The notes under the pieces were generated by a model. The model did not search any database, was not told the DNA's origin, and saw only the letters and a program-made list of their open reading frames with translations. Positions 1-13,907 of a stretch of DNA of 64,000 nucleotides are shown piece after piece. The stretch comes from Eledone cirrhosa (taxonomy: Eukaryota), in assembly GCA_964016885.1 (NCBI GenBank), contig OZ024741.1:46128001-46192000 (forward strand). Reading direction: 5' to 3'. Position 1 is the first letter of the stretch; every line of letters starts with the position of its first letter. The position numbers were made by a program, and so were the translations under genes.

Positions 1-60
1 ATTGATCAGAAGGATTCAATTCCAATGATTTATAATATGCTGCAGGACCGGTGCTGCCAA

Positions 61-247
61 TGATGGTTTCTGATATATGCACAAGGCCAGCAATTTTAGG
101 AGAGGGGAAAATCGATAAAATGGCCCCCAGTGCATTACTTGAACTTTATTTTATCGACCCCGTAAGGATGAAAGGCAAAGCTAACCTCGGTGAGATTTGA
201 ACTCTTACCGTAAAGGGCCATCACTCAACGCTGTAAAGCATGCTGCT
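61..247 (-). mobile_element. tRNA-derived SINE (octopus OR/CORE-like family), degenerate
   Basis: Reverse complement of the ...gagttcaaatc..gccgaggtt..ctttgcctttcatccttacggggtcgataaaataaag... core also seen at 53127 and 59543. Confidence 0.75.
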
Positions 248-664
248 AATGATGGTAGCAAGTATGTTGTAGGTCTTTAAGTTCTGGAGTTCAGGGAGTG
301 TCTCTCAAGTACAATAGGATTACTGGATATATGAATAATCATACCCAATGGGGAATTTGCGTTTTGATAAATGTGAGAACCCTATAGCTTATTGGCACGT
401 GGAATTTTTTAAATATAAGAACTCTATTTTAGAATTTATTTCTAGGATATAATTAAATAAATGTTCAGAGTATATGTACAAATGACATACAGGATTAAAT
501 GTATCAGTAACTTTGAAGAAATAACTATTTATAGGGCCAAAAATAAGGTTAGAACCCATGACCTTGTGACTGGAAAGCGAAATTGCTATTGTAGCAACAT
601 GACTGAGATAGGAATTGCATTGTGTGCATTTATATTTTTATGTAAATTTTAAAGTTGCAGACAA

Positions 665-718
<54 letters not shown>

Positions 719-1374
719 GTACACACATGCTGCATTATTATGGTCGACTATTATTGTAAATTTATGATTAAGTACAATACATTATATACTAGAGTTTTTG
801 AAGTTTTGGTAATGCGTTCATAGTTTTATATATTTAGCATGCATTAGGCTCCTGTGATACACTTTGAGTTGTTTGGTTACTGGTGATAATTGGAGTATCT
901 GATGTATTTATTGCGTTGAACTTGTGTCCATTGTTCTGTGGTTTGAGCTGCTAGTGTGCTTGTATATCCATTATTCAATACAGTTTATTGTGTTCTGTGA
1001 AATTTATTCTTCGTGTAGTGCTTTGTTTGAGTCTAAATGGTGTTTTAAGTAAAATGTCCGCAGCAGACAACCCATATTTGTCTGGGAATTGTGTCAATGA
1101 AAGTACACACACTTATGGTCTTTAGTATAGAAGGGCGTGATATATCTGCTACATATTTCTCTCTGAAATTTTATATCTACAAATGTAACCCTAAGATTGT
1201 TATTCAGGCAGTTAGGGTTATTATATATCCGTACGGCCTAGGTTTCTAGCTATTTCTTCAATCCTTCAACATATATTGTTGTATCTATTAAGACGAAAAT
1301 ATAATTCACATATTTAGTATGTATCATGCAACACAAGTCTTCTTCTTCTTCTTATTATTATTATTATTATTATT

Positions 1375-2354
1375 ATTTCGCCGCAAGCACGTCGGTCGCA
1401 ATGCCTTTGCTAAGCGCCTCGTCTAATTTTCTAACTAGTTCTCCCTCTGCTCTATTTTTCTCTATTGCTAAAGCCTTACTAAATCTAATCGATTCTATTC
1501 TAATCGCTCTTTTCAGAGCAAACCACCACTTGTTGTTGACGATGGCCCCCGTCAACGCCCGCTTAACTAGTTCGCTAATCCGGTCTCTGTAGGCCTTGCG
1601 CGCTGGTAAGGACGCGTTTAGCTTCCAGTAGCCGGGTCCTCGTCTATGAAGCCTATCTAAGTCAAGCACACAGATCACGAATTTGTGGTCCGTGTAGCTG
1701 ACTATCTTGAATTGTGGACAGCCTATCTATTTCCCTACAAAATACTCTATCTAGATATGATCTGGATGACCCTATGCGGTTTGTCCAAGTCCACATTGGC
1801 ACATTCGGGAAATCCAATCGGTACCTGTCAGACAGTTCAAAACGCCTGAGCAGGTTGGTGAGGCTCTTGCACCCTCCACCCCTATCCGCTAATCCCACAC
1901 AGTCCCAGCGTGCATCTAAGATCCCGTTCCAGTCGCCCACTAACACTAAAGAGCGGGACGTTCCAAGAAAGGTCTCCAGACGCCGGAAGAAATCAGGCCG
2001 CCCTGCTCCTGTCGGGGCATAGACGGCCACTAGCCTGAAAGCTTGCCCGTCTCCGCTGGTCACGTCCAGCACCACCAGCTTACCCTCTGGGTCCAGGAAG
2101 ATGGCCCGTATGGCGAGATCCAAACCTCTCCGAAAAAGCACAGCAACTCCTCCACCCGATCCAGGACGGCTGGGAGATGCGTACACATCGTAGCCGCCGA
2201 AGATCGGTGCGAAGGCCCGTGCTTCGGAGATTCTGGTCTCGCTGATGGCCACTACATCTATGTTTAGTGACCTGAGGTCGTTGAGCAGGTGACCCTGCTT
2301 CCATGACGACCCCAAGCCACGCGCATTTATGCTGCCTATTCTGAGTGAGGTCAT
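1375..2354 (-). pseudogene. Tx1 ORF2 apurinic-like endonuclease domain, frameshifted and truncated
   Basis: SINARGL, VAISET, VYAP, GDWN, YLDR, GPGYWKLN motifs. Confidence 0.9.
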
Positions 2355-2388
2355 GTTTAAATAGAGTGGAAAAGATGGGAAAGACCAC

Positions 2389-4486
2389 TTACCGTACTTT
2401 TGGTAGAGGAGGGATGGTTTTTACATCCCTTTTCACTTGATCGTCTGGTGAAGGGACCGTTGAATCGTCCCTTCGGCTGGTCGTCGGCTCTTCTAAGAGA
2501 ATGTCTGAATATACTCTTCGATTGATGGTTCCTCCTAGGTCCCTGAAATCACCAACTGCGTTGGGGAATTTCGTTTTAATGTTTGTGTATTGTTTCTGTG
2601 CTATTTTTAGCAGTCTTATGTTAGTTGGCGTTTTGATTGGTGCTGGTATTATGTAGTCCTGTTGTGAAATGTCTGTGTGTTCAATTATGTAAGTCATTAG
2701 TTTCTTGTTGTGTGTGTTTATTGCCGTGCATTTGTTTTTCTGGGGGTGGGGTGTGGTTCTGCTATTTTCTTGTCGTTGTTGCTGGGTGTGTGTGTTTTGT
2801 TGTTGTGTTTGCGATGTTGGTGCTTGTGGTGGTGGTGTTGAAGGTGTTGTTGGCGGTGGGGTTGTCGCCGGTGGTGATGGTGGTGCTGGTGTGGGTGGTG
2901 ATGGTGTTGGTGGTGTTGCTGCTGTGGGTCTCTTTGCAGTAGACTTTACCCTTTTCTCATTTCTTTCCTCCCTTTTCAAAGGCGACGATGCGCTGCTTCT
3001 GCGTTTGTGCCTTCTTGCGACCTTTTGCCATCCCTCTCCCACCTCACACTCCATGTCTGATTCTGTAAGGTCGGGGAGGGGTACCAGCTCCACTCTTTCA
3101 CTTGTTGTTGTTGGTGATGTTTGCACTGGAGTCTCTGTTGCAGCTGCATTTGGTATTGCTGTTGTTGTTGTTAATATTTCCACTGCTGCTGCTGTCTTTG
3201 ATTTCCGTGGAGTGGGTATGGGTGCCACGGACCTATCGTTCCTGGTTGCCGCTTGTCCTGTTGCTGGTAGCCGTGGAGCCGGATTCGGAAGGAGGGGGGT
3301 TTTCTCCTTTCTCAGGGTCTTCTCGTTGCAGAAGGCCCTGAGGTGAGTCTTCGATCCACAGCGAAAGCATTTCGGGCGTTTGCCCTCAACACTTATGGGC
3401 AGTTGAGTGCCGTTATCGAAGTCTATCACATCCGGGATAGCTTCGATGCACTCCTGGTTGGTTTGGATTAGCATCTCAATGGAGGAGCCGACCCAATCTT
3501 CTCTTACTTTTTTCTGTACTTGCAGTACAGTTGTTTTGTCCTCGATTCCGACGAGGACAGACGCGGCCAGCCAAGAAGGGGTCATTCCGGGGGGGACGTG
3601 GGTCAGTTTGACCCTCACAATTTTTTGCCCGCAATAGGAGGGCACCAACACCATTTCCTCGCTCCTTAGGGTCACTACTGATTGGGCCTTTGCCTCCTGG
3701 GGTGTGGCAAAAAGTACGTCTACGGTGGCATATTTTTTTGCCTCGGGTGATGTGCGTTTTCCGCTGCCACACAGACCCCAAGGCTTTTTGTATTTGGGCC
3801 TCTGTGGCTCTTTCCACCCTACGGGATTTTGTACTTACTGTACGGTACGTGACCGTACAGTGCTCTTGGGTTTCGAAAAATTTTTCCGCTACCTTGCAGA
3901 TTGCTCGGTGTCCGTTCTTTGTCACCATCTTCTTCGCTTCCTCTAATTCCTCATTTGTTATGAGGATTGTTTCCAAGTTTTTCGCAATACCTGCAAATGA
4001 GATTGGTTTTTCTCTGCTGTTGTTGTTGTCGTCAGAGCTGCTGGTACTTTTGTTGTTGCTGCAGGTACTACGACTACTGCCTCCGCCGCTGTTACTGTGG
4101 TTGTTGTTGGTGTTGCTGCTGCTAATGCTGTTGTTGTTTATGCTGCTGGTGATGCTGTTGCGGCTGTTACTGTTGTTTTCATTGTCACTGTTGCTGTTGT
4201 TATTACGGCTGCTACTGCTATTATTCCTGACGTCAGACGAATGAACTGGGTTTTCGTATTTCCCGCACACCTGTTTCGTCGCTGTCGTCGTCGTCGTGGA
4301 GAAACCTTGCACGCTTTGCACGAGACTTTTCTTTTCTTTCGTCACTTGCGAAAGAGAAGGGAGGGAGAGAGACACATTTAAAGAAGGGAGGGGGAGAGAC
4401 AATCTTCTCTCTGCTGTAGTGATGATTGAGGAAGCAGAAGACGGAATGAGTGGGAGTGACGTATGAAATTTCTTTTTCGTAGCCAT
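2389..4486 (-). pseudogene. Tx1 ORF1 (Asn/Ser-rich N-terminus, CCHC knuckle, Pro/Thr-rich tail), one frameshift near 3730
   Basis: ORFs 3476..4522 and 2389..3675; CFRCGSKTHLRAFC = CX2CX4HX4C. Confidence 0.85.
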
Positions 4487-4702
4487 GTTGTTTTTTTGTT
4501 TAAAATGAAATTTTGGGTACAAAACCCCAATAACTGGTTATTTAACCCCGAAGGGCCAAATAACGGACAGAAAGACCCCTCTCACGAGGAGGAGGGTGTC
4601 TTTATCAACAATTTGGTTCAAGTTTTAAACAATTTACAATTGTTTTAACGGTTAAAAATTACTATACCTTACAAGAGCCGAGCCTCTGTCAACCATGGCA
4701 TT

Positions 4703-4703
4703 C

Positions 4704-4747
<44 letters not shown>
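4703..4747 (+). repeat. (AAT)n microsatellite = Tx1 (ATT)n tail/target between two Tx1 halves
   Basis: Direct read. Confidence 0.95.
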
Positions 4748-4750
<3 letters not shown>

Positions 4751-7506
4751 TTTCTTTATTAACCACAAGGGTTTACATAAAGTAGACATTAAGGACAGTG
4801 CAGGACAATGCAGGACGGTACAAATGGGCATTTCTGCGTGTAAAAAAAACAAAAACAGAGGATGTAACAAAAATAACAATGAAAATAACAATGAAAAATT
4901 CCCCAATAGGGGGGAGACTTCGGAGGGACATTTGTGGAGAAAGCCCAGTAAAAAGCCACAATGACCCTGACCACCAAGGCAAGTGCCCTCTCCCAGTTTT
5001 CCACCTTTAGTTTACAGATATATACTCAGAGTCGGCCCATTCACTCGGGCCATTCTTGCTTCTCTCACCCATCTTTCAACAAAATGCTGGGAAGAGAGCA
5101 CTTCCCTCTCTACTCTGATTTTCCTTTTCAAATGAAATTTGAAAAAGTCAATCAGAGCATCACCGAAGAGGTAAGTGCTCGTCTTCAGCCCTTTCAAACG
5201 TGTCCACCATACTATCTCTTTCGCCATGGCCACCAGACAGATAAAAACTGCCTGCCCTTCCCGGCTAAAGGAGGAGGGCGGGGCAATCCTCACGATAGAC
5301 TCAGATGATAGCTGGATCCGTCCTAAACGCGACAGCAGGTGTTCGACATAAACCCACAAGTCAGCAATTTTCGGACACTGGACGAGTGCGTGCAGGACGG
5401 TTTCGTCGCCCTGCGCGCATCTCGGACATGCCCGGCTGACGGCACCTCCATGCCTGTAGAGTTTATCCCGAACTGGCAAGGCTCCTCGGTAGCACTGCCA
5501 GGCCAGAGATTTCTGGAAGTTGTCCATAGGCCCTGGCCCGAAAGTTCTTCCGAAGAGATTGGCTAGTTGATTTTCGTCGACGCCTAGAGTTTCCCCAAGT
5601 ACGTCGTCGCTCTTCCCCTCCACTAATCCTCTATAGAACGCCGAGGTGGAGTTTCCACCGATCACATTGCCCGATTGGTCGAGGGCTGTGAGCGCCTGAA
5701 GACATTCCAGTCTCCAGGCGCTCCCTCTCGGTCTTCGCTTGACCCAGGACTGCAGCTCCGTCAAGGAAACGAGCTGGGGAAAAACGCGTCTAGCAAACGG
5801 CGACCACACCTGATCACCGTCGAGGAAGAGGTGGAGATGTCGTAGCCTGAGCGCGTGCCTGCGCATCATCAGCCACGGCATGCCCAGCCCTCCACGTAGC
5901 GGGTGTTGACAACAGATGGACCGCCTGACCATCGGAGCACGTCCCTTCCACAAAAAGCGAAAGAGCAAACGCTCCAGCGCAGTCAGGCGAGGCTTAGGAC
6001 AAGGTACGACGGTTAGGCGGTAGCAGATGACAGACGCGATGTACGCGTTAGCCACCTCCGCTCGACCTTTCAGGGATAGCTTCCTCTCCGCCCATTTCTG
6101 GGTGAGAGAAGCCACCCTGCTCGTCACCTCGTCCCAGTTTTTGTCCGTCTGGAGGTCCGGACCGAACCAGACCCCTAGCAATTTAACCGGTCCGTCCGTC
6201 CAGCGCCCGACGACGCTGTTGGACGGCATGGACCTGCCTCTCCAGGTGCCGAGCTGCAGGCCCACTGACTTTTCCTGGTTGATCATTGCTCCTGTCACCG
6301 CTTCGTATTCTCTTAGTGTAGTGCCGATCGCCTCGATGTGTTTGGCGTTCGACACCACTACGGTGACATCGTCCGCATATGCTGACACGGATCTTCCGCA
6401 TCCTAGTTCGCGCGGGACTCCCCTCAACGTCTCCAGTTTGTGCAGTAATGGCTCGAGAGTCAATACGTACAAGAGGGACGAGAGGGGACATCCTTGGCGG
6501 ACCGAGCGCATGATGTTGAACGGTTCCGACAGGTGACCGTTCACTCTCACCACAGAGCAGATGTCGCTGTGCATGGCAGCGATGCCGCTAGGTAACGATG
6601 GTCGACCCTATCGAAAGCTTTCGACTGATCTAAATTGATCAAGGACCCACCCGTGCCAGGTTCCCTAGCTACCCTCTCTACGATGTATCGCATGAGGTGG
6701 AGGTTGTCGTGGATGGATCTGTCGGGAATGGCGCATGTCTGCGCCTCTCCCACCAGACCACCAACGACAAGCGCCAACCTCTTTGCTAGCACCTTGGCCA
6801 AAATCTTAAACTCTGTGTTTAGCAGAGTTATGGGCCGGAAATTGTCTATGTTATCCCCCTTGTTCGGATCCTTTCTCAGCAGTGCCACCGCTCCTCGGCT
6901 CACAGAACTGGGAATTCTCCCGTTCTGTTGCCAGTTGCAGTAGACGTCCGCCAAGAGGCCTCCGAACAAGTCTGGCATCTGTACGTAAAGTTCATAGGGC
7001 AGACCATCCAAACCAGGCGATTTACCCCTTGTGCAGCCAGTCATTGCCTCCCGTACTTCAGCGGCTGTTATCGGCTTTTCGCAACACTTCGCCTCAGTGG
7101 CCGAGAGCCGCGGCAGTCCGTCGAGGTAGACACTAAAGTCCATCCCTCTACCCGGCCCCCCGCTGCCCCCGAACAGCTGAGCGAAGTGTCGCTGAAAAGC
7201 TTCACACATTTGCCCGGGATCGAGTAGCATGCGCCCGTCGTGGTCCACCAAAGACCGGATCGTGGCTTTGTTGCCACGACGCGCCTCCGCCACTCGGGCC
7301 CATTGAACGGCTTTCGTCCCCTCGTGTCTGAGAGCACGCACCCTAGCTCTGACAACGCAGCCTTCGTGCTTTGCATTGAAGAATTGGTCAAGGGCCAATT
7401 TCGCCGCAAGCACGTCGGTCGCAATGCCTTTGCTAAGCGCCTCGTCTAATTTTCTAACTAGTTCTCCCTCTGCTCTATTTTTCTCTATTGCTAAAGCCTT
7501 ACTAAA
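4748..7506 (-). mobile_element. Tx1-like family A, 3' half (RT, zf-RVT, 3'UTR)
   Basis: KSPGLDGL, FRPITLLN, DQSKAFDRV, RQGCPLS, YADD, CPRC..ET..H...C; 3'UTR ends aataaagaaatc(att)n; small deletion near 6580. Confidence 0.92.
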
Positions 7507-7667
7507 CCGCTATTGGGGAATTTTTCATTGTTATTTTCATTGTTATTTTTGTTACATCCTCTGTTTTTGTTTTTTTACACGCAGAAATGCCCATTTGTAC
7601 CGTCCTGCATTGTCCTGCACTGTCCTTAATGTCTACTTTATGTAAACCCTTGTGGTTAATAAAGAAA

Positions 7668-7670
<3 letters not shown>
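7507..7670 (+). mobile_element. Tx1 family A 3'-terminal fragment (non-inverted part)
   Basis: Reverse complement of 4748-4913, followed by (TTA)n 7671-7720. Confidence 0.9.
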
Positions 7671-7720
<50 letters not shown>

Positions 7721-7722
<2 letters not shown>

Positions 7723-10700
7723 AGCTGCATTTATCTTGCTTTATGTTCATACGAGTTATCACCAAGTCACAACCAGTGACCTCAAGGGACAACAAAGTCC
7801 GCCATGTTCAAGAAAGAACATACATACTCACACATGCATCTTTAGTGTTTAGACTCGTGATGTACTTATATTGACAGAATCTTCCTTAGGATATGGGCAG
7901 TTCCCATTAGTACTATCTTTTGTATTTCTCCTATACGCGGGTTTCCTGGGATTTGCGATAAGTAATCATTAGACCCCTTAGGTATCATTCCTAGAGCGCC
8001 TACAACCACTGGTATTGTTTTAGTTCTCAATTTCCACATTTTTCCAATTTCTATCTCCAGGTCCTTATACTTGCTCAATTTTTCAAATGTTTTTATAGAT
8101 ACATTCTTGTCTATTGGAACGGACATATCAATTAGCAGGCATACTCTCTTTTTAAAGTCCTTCAGTATTATATCAGGTCTATTTGCATCTATTTTTCGGT
8201 CTGTTTGGATGCTAAAGTTCCACAAAATTGAGATGTGATCTTTTTCAAGTATGGGAGGTGGTTGATGCTCCCACCAATTCTTTTGATGGGGCAGGTCAAA
8301 ATGCTTACACATTATCCAATGTATGTATTGTACAGCTCTGTCATGCCTGTTTAGGTATTCGGTTGGAGCTATAGGACTGCACATTGAAATTATATGGTAA
8401 ATGGTCTCTGGTTGTTTTTTACATACACGGCATAATGGGCTGCATCCATTTTTTATTATGTTGGCTTGGTAATATTTTGTTGGCAGACACTGATCTTGTG
8501 CTGATATAATCAGTCCTTCAGTCTCCGATTTCAGTCCAGAGGATGCCAACCACTGATGGGTTAAAGTGTTGTCAACATCAGGATTGTTAGCTCGCTCTGG
8601 TTTTTTTCCATACAGAGGCTTTTCTTGCCATTTCTTAGCCAGTTTCTGTAGCAGTTCTTTCTTTGCATTTACTTTTACCTGCTTTGCTTTTTCTGTGTTT
8701 TCCATTTCAGCAGTAAATGGGACTTCTGAAATTTGTAGTCCATTACTGTATCTTTGTGCATCTTTTGTAATGGAATATGATCTTTTGGTGCTTTCGTGTT
8801 TCAAAACGAGTTTGATCATCCAATCATGTGATTCCCTTAGATATGTAGATAATCCAATTGTTGCAGTTTTCAACGCAATGTCTAACTGGATTAACCCACG
8901 TCCTCCTTCTTTCCTAGGGAGATATATTCTATCTATATCTACCTTAGGGTGATGCATTCTGTGCATGGTTAAGAATTTTCGAATTTTTGTATCGAGCCTA
9001 CGGATCTCTGTGCTTGACCAGTTGATGACATTGTAACTGTAGGTTACTACTGGTATGGCAAGCGTGTTTATGGCATCGATCCTATTCCTTGCATTCAATT
9101 CCGTTCTTAAGATTGCTCTTAATCTGCGGTAACATTCCTTCCTTATCCTTTCCCTCATTATCGAGTGCTTGATTCCGTCTCCTGTCTGAAGTTTTCAGCA
9201 GCTTTCCTCTGGTGAACGTTGCTTTGGCGCATTTATCTAGTCCAAACTCCATTTTAATGTCATCACTGAACTGCTCCACAGTGGATAATAGCCCTTGCAA
9301 TTGTTCATCATTTTTTGCAAATAGTTTCAGCTCATCCATGTAGAACAAGTGATTAATGGTTTTGTCATAGACTTTATATCCATGTTTTGTTTCATTGAGC
9401 ATTTTACTTAATGGTATAAGTGCGATACAGAATAAAAGCGGTGATAAAGAGTCACCCTGAAAAATTCCACAATTAATATTAACTTCTCCAGCTTCCAGTA
9501 ATTTTGTTTCACTATTCAAAAGGAGTGTCGTTTTCCATGTCTTCATACTGAATGACAAAAACCTCCTGACAACGGGAGATATTTTGAAAATCTCTAAACA
9601 TTTTTCAATCCAACTGTGTGGCAAACTATCAAATGCTTTTTTATAATCTATCCAAGCAATCGATATATTTTTGTGTCTATTATGACAATCTTCCAGTATC
9701 ATTTTGTTAACCAAAAGCTGATCCTTACAGCCATATGAGCCTCGTTTACACCCTTTCTGCTCAATGGGAAATAGGTCATTTGTTATCAGGTGGTCATATG
9801 TGTATTCAGTTAGGACTGATGTTAAAATTTTATACATTGTGGTCAAGCAAGTTATCGGTCTGTAATTTTTGGGATTGTTTGTCTCATCATTCTTCGGAAG
9901 CAGGAATGTAATGCCGTTAACTAGCCATGATGGTATCTTTTCTGGCTCCTTAACTATTTCATTGTAAAGTTGGGCTAACAGCTCATGAGACTCTGTGAAG
10001 GCATTTATCCAAAAGTTTTGTATTTTGTCTTTTCCTGGGGATTTCCATTTGCTGGTTTTTCATAGAGCCACAGCGCAACTGTTCAACTGTTATATTTTCC
10101 CATGTTTGTTCCTCAAGGTGAGCTGTTTCTTTCATTTGTCTGTCTATCCATGGGGCATGTATGTTATGAACTTTTTCTTCGGCCCAGATCTTTTCCCAGA
10201 ATTCTTGCACTTCCTCCTTGGGTGGTATTGATTTAACAGTTATTGTTGACTTACCAATTTTTTTGTAGAAGTTTCTTTGGTTGTTTTTGAACATATTATT
10301 GTCCTTATAGAATCTAGATCGTTTTTCAAAGCGCCTTATACGAGCAGCTTTGGCCGACACTTTTTGCTTGATTATTTCTATCAGCATGTCTATGTCACAT
10401 GTTGATTTTATACTATACTTTTTTTTCAATTTTCTAAGTTTAGTTTGCTTAACATGTTCACCTACTTTATAGTTTGTTAAAATTTCTATGTCAGATCGGA
10501 GAAGGTTTATTTGGCGATTGATGTTCTCTTGCCAAGTAGATTTCTTGTGGGAATTCCTTTGTTTTTTCTTCTTCACTCCACATAAGTGAGTGGTGACTTT
10601 AGCCGATGCATAATAGAGATGATTTAAATCAGTAATGTTTAGTTTGTTTGTGATGATAATGTTTTTGTGAATTATGTTAGTCTTGTGTATTATCTTTTAG

Positions 10701-11677
10701 TTCCATTTGGAGTTCTGGATCTTAGGGAGGGTGTCTCGTTGCCTCATGTCAGATTCTTTCATTTTCATCCATTCGATCATAATTTCATCCTTCAAGTTGG
10801 CAAGTTCATTCTCATTCATTTCTTTATCATTTACGATCTCATTATTTTCATTTGGAGTTTCATCCTGAGCATGCACTCCCTCCACTTTTTCGCTCCTTTC
10901 TTTAATTTGTTCTGTTGCCAGTGATTCCGCCCCAACCCTGGGATTCGAAGTGTTACAGTTTACCTCGTTTTCACTGACACATGCTTCATTTTCCCTTCGC
11001 TGACTTTGTGCTACTAGCTTGATCTGATCAATTTCTATATCAGTTAGTAACTTTTTTCTTACAATATTTCTTCGTATATTGGCTAGTTTGTTACTGTCAA
11101 TATAGCCTCTGTTTTCGGGATGTTTCTTTTTCCAGTTGATATATGTTTGTTCTGTATTCAATGTATTTGATGGGTAGTACATGGCAGTGTAGAAAGCCTC
11201 AAGGACTTCTTTATTATCTTCCCTTGACCATTTTTCTCTCTTTTTCTTTGGATTTCTTGGTGGTGAGCATGGAGGGCCAACAGTAGGAGTATTCCGGTTA
11301 TGGGAGGTCTCCAGCTCCGAAGTGATGGGAAGGTTTGAACCATTAGCTGATTTTTCGACCCCAGTCTGGTTCCTCTCTGAGGGACGCGGCCCTTTTTTAC
11401 CCGGGTGACGGCCGATCCGGTATGAGATTTTATCATTCGACATTTACTTTATTTTGTCGCGTTTTATCCTTATCCGCCAAGGGGTAATCATTTCGTGTTA
11501 CCACTTCTAGAACGAGTGTCAACCAAGACTAGAGGGGTCGTTCTCCCCTAGAGACACGGCTATTCCCCGCCGGCCGCCATCCCGGTATTTCTTGGTCACG
11601 GGGTTTTCTTTTTGTTGTTTTTTTTAAATTGTTATTATCATGAGTGGTTCCTTAATGTGAGCATTGCGTGGCTTAAG
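7721..11677 (-). mobile_element. R4/Dong-like RLE retrotransposon family A, full-length, frameshifted
   Basis: GIFQGDSLSPLLF, HLFYMDELK, CRVCKKQPET..H...C, RHD, RPD, IDMSVP, KLSKY; (TAA)n at 3' end. Confidence 0.9.
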
Positions 11678-12030
11678 AATGAAATTATTAATAATTGTCT
11701 CCACTCCAGGCACAAGGCCAGCAATCACCCAGTGCATTACAATAATATAATATACTTTTTGTTGTAGTTGGCTGTTATTGTTGTTGGCTATGTCGGTGGT
11801 GGTGCCGGGGCTTTTTATATTGTTGGTGAGGAAGGGGTGAGCCAGCAGTCCCATAGTTGTTGATATTGACGTTTGGCCTTGGCCAGGTCACTAAGTCAAT
11901 CTATTTATATCTTTTGCTAGCCTCTCCCTTGTCTAGTGATACCGCCACCTTCCCCTTTCTCTCTCAAGTTAACAGGGGAACAGTGGTGGTAGCATTGAAG
12001 GAGTGGTGGCGGCGGGGAGATGTGGGAGAC

Positions 12031-12575
12031 AGTAGCGGCGGTATCGATACTAAGACAGTGGTGGTGGTGATGTCGATACCGAGGCAGTGGTGGTGGTGAT
12101 GTGATCGTATTACTGTAGTGATGGTGTTGTAGCGGTGGTAGCAATGAAGGAGTGGTGGCGGCGGTGATGGGATAGTGGTGGTAATGATGGCAGTAGTCAG
12201 TGGTGGTGGTGAAATTGCCGTTATCTGGCTGTTGTGTTTAGTGTACACAGAGAGGTGATAGGGTAGGTGTTGTATCTAGTTTCTGGTGTTGTTTGGCTGT
12301 TCTATATAGCGTAGACAGAGGGGGGGGGGGTTCTTCTTCCATTTATAGCCATTTTCTTTTTTGAATATACAATGTACAATACAAAGTCGAATATTTGAAT
12401 ATTTGAGGCTTATAACAATATATTTTGGGTCCGAATTTTTTGGTGCTCAAGCCGGATGCTTTACGTAGCATTTGTACTAAGAGTTGTTATTTCACAAATG
12501 ATTTAAATATGTTAAAAATTCAAAACTTACGGGAGCGATTTCATGACCTTCCGCCACCTCGTGCGTCTTCTTCCC

Positions 12576-12576
<1 letters not shown>
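12031..12576. repeat. Dispersed ~550 bp non-coding segment, copy 1 (copy 2 at 29168-29724)
   Basis: Highly similar to 29168-29724; both end ...gcgtcttcttccct then (TTA)n. Confidence 0.85.
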
Positions 12577-12619
<43 letters not shown>

Positions 12620-13907
12620 GTTGTTATTCCTTGAATCTCAGTCATTGATGTTGGTTAACTGGAAAGTCCGTTGGATTGAATATCAAGCCACTACTTGCAG
12701 CCTCAGATATTCAGGACGTATCGGAGGGTTCTTGCTGTTCCAAGCAAGCATGCCTTTTGAAGCGTTCCAAAAAGCGTGAAGGGGCCGATTTTCTTTAACC
12801 ATCCCTAGAAACTTTTGGAGATAGTCCCCAGTGCGCCTATGACAATCGGGATCACTTTGACTTCATGGCAGTTCCAAATCCTTTTCACCTCCCACTTTAG
12901 GTCCTGGTATCGGTTAATTTTCTCCCTCTCCTCTTGCACTCTCGTGTCGAACGGGCAGGCCACATCCACAATCAGACACGATCTTTTTTCTTTGTCCACA
13001 ACCACCACGTCAGGTCTATTGTGTTCCAGTTTTTTGTCCGTCTGTATCCTAAAATCCCACAGCACCTTCACCTGATTGTTCTCCATCACCGCCTCTGGCC
13101 TATGCTCATACCATTTCTCAGAATGTGGTAAATTGTTTACTTTGCACAGGTGCCAGTGGATCACCCTGCCCATCACATCGTGTCTCCAGCCCTTATAGTG
13201 GATCTGGGCTAGGTGTTTACACTCGGACACAATGTGAGCCACAGTCTCCTCTCTCTCTCCACAGATCCTGCACAGTGGGCTAGCCTCCTCCTTGTAGATG
13301 TGGTGCTTCAACCACTTCGTTTTGAGGGCCTGCTCCTGCGCAGCCATTAGCATTCCTTCTGTAGCCTTTTTGAGGTCTCCTCTTCTCAACCAGTTCCATG
13401 TCTGTGGATCTCTAAATTCAGTTTTCTCAAAGAAGGTACTATGAAGGGATTTTCCCTTAAGGCTGCTCTTCCTCCTTGATGTTATTTCCTCCTTGGACAT
13501 CCCCTGGCCTACTGTCCCCTCCTTCAGTACAGTTCTGAGCATTGGCTCCTTACTATAGGTCACGTATTTGTATAGGTTGTTTTTCTCCATCTCAACACAG
13601 TCCTCTATGCTGATAAGACCTCTTCCACCCTCAGATCTCCTTAGGTAGAGTCTATCGACATCACTCCTCTTGTGGAACATGTTGTAGATAGTCAATAGCT
13701 TCCTAGTCTTCCTATCCATTTCTTTTTGTTCAGCAACATTCCATCTCAGAATTCCCGCACTGTACCTAATAATAGACAGCTCGGGAATTTACTGCGCTTA
13801 TGGCATTTCTGCTGTTCAGATGTGACTTCAATACGCTCCTTACTCTTCGAATGTATTCAGTTCTTAACAATTCCTTCATTTTTTTGTTCTTTATGCCATC
13901 AGCCTCC

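Larger units (their letters stand above)
1375..4702 (-). mobile_element. Tx1-like non-LTR retrotransposon family A, 5' half (5'UTR, ORF1, APE start of ORF2)
   Basis: Starts right after the (ATT)n tail at 4702; near-identical to the + copy at 13974; ORF1 zinc knuckle followed by APE domain. Confidence 0.9.
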
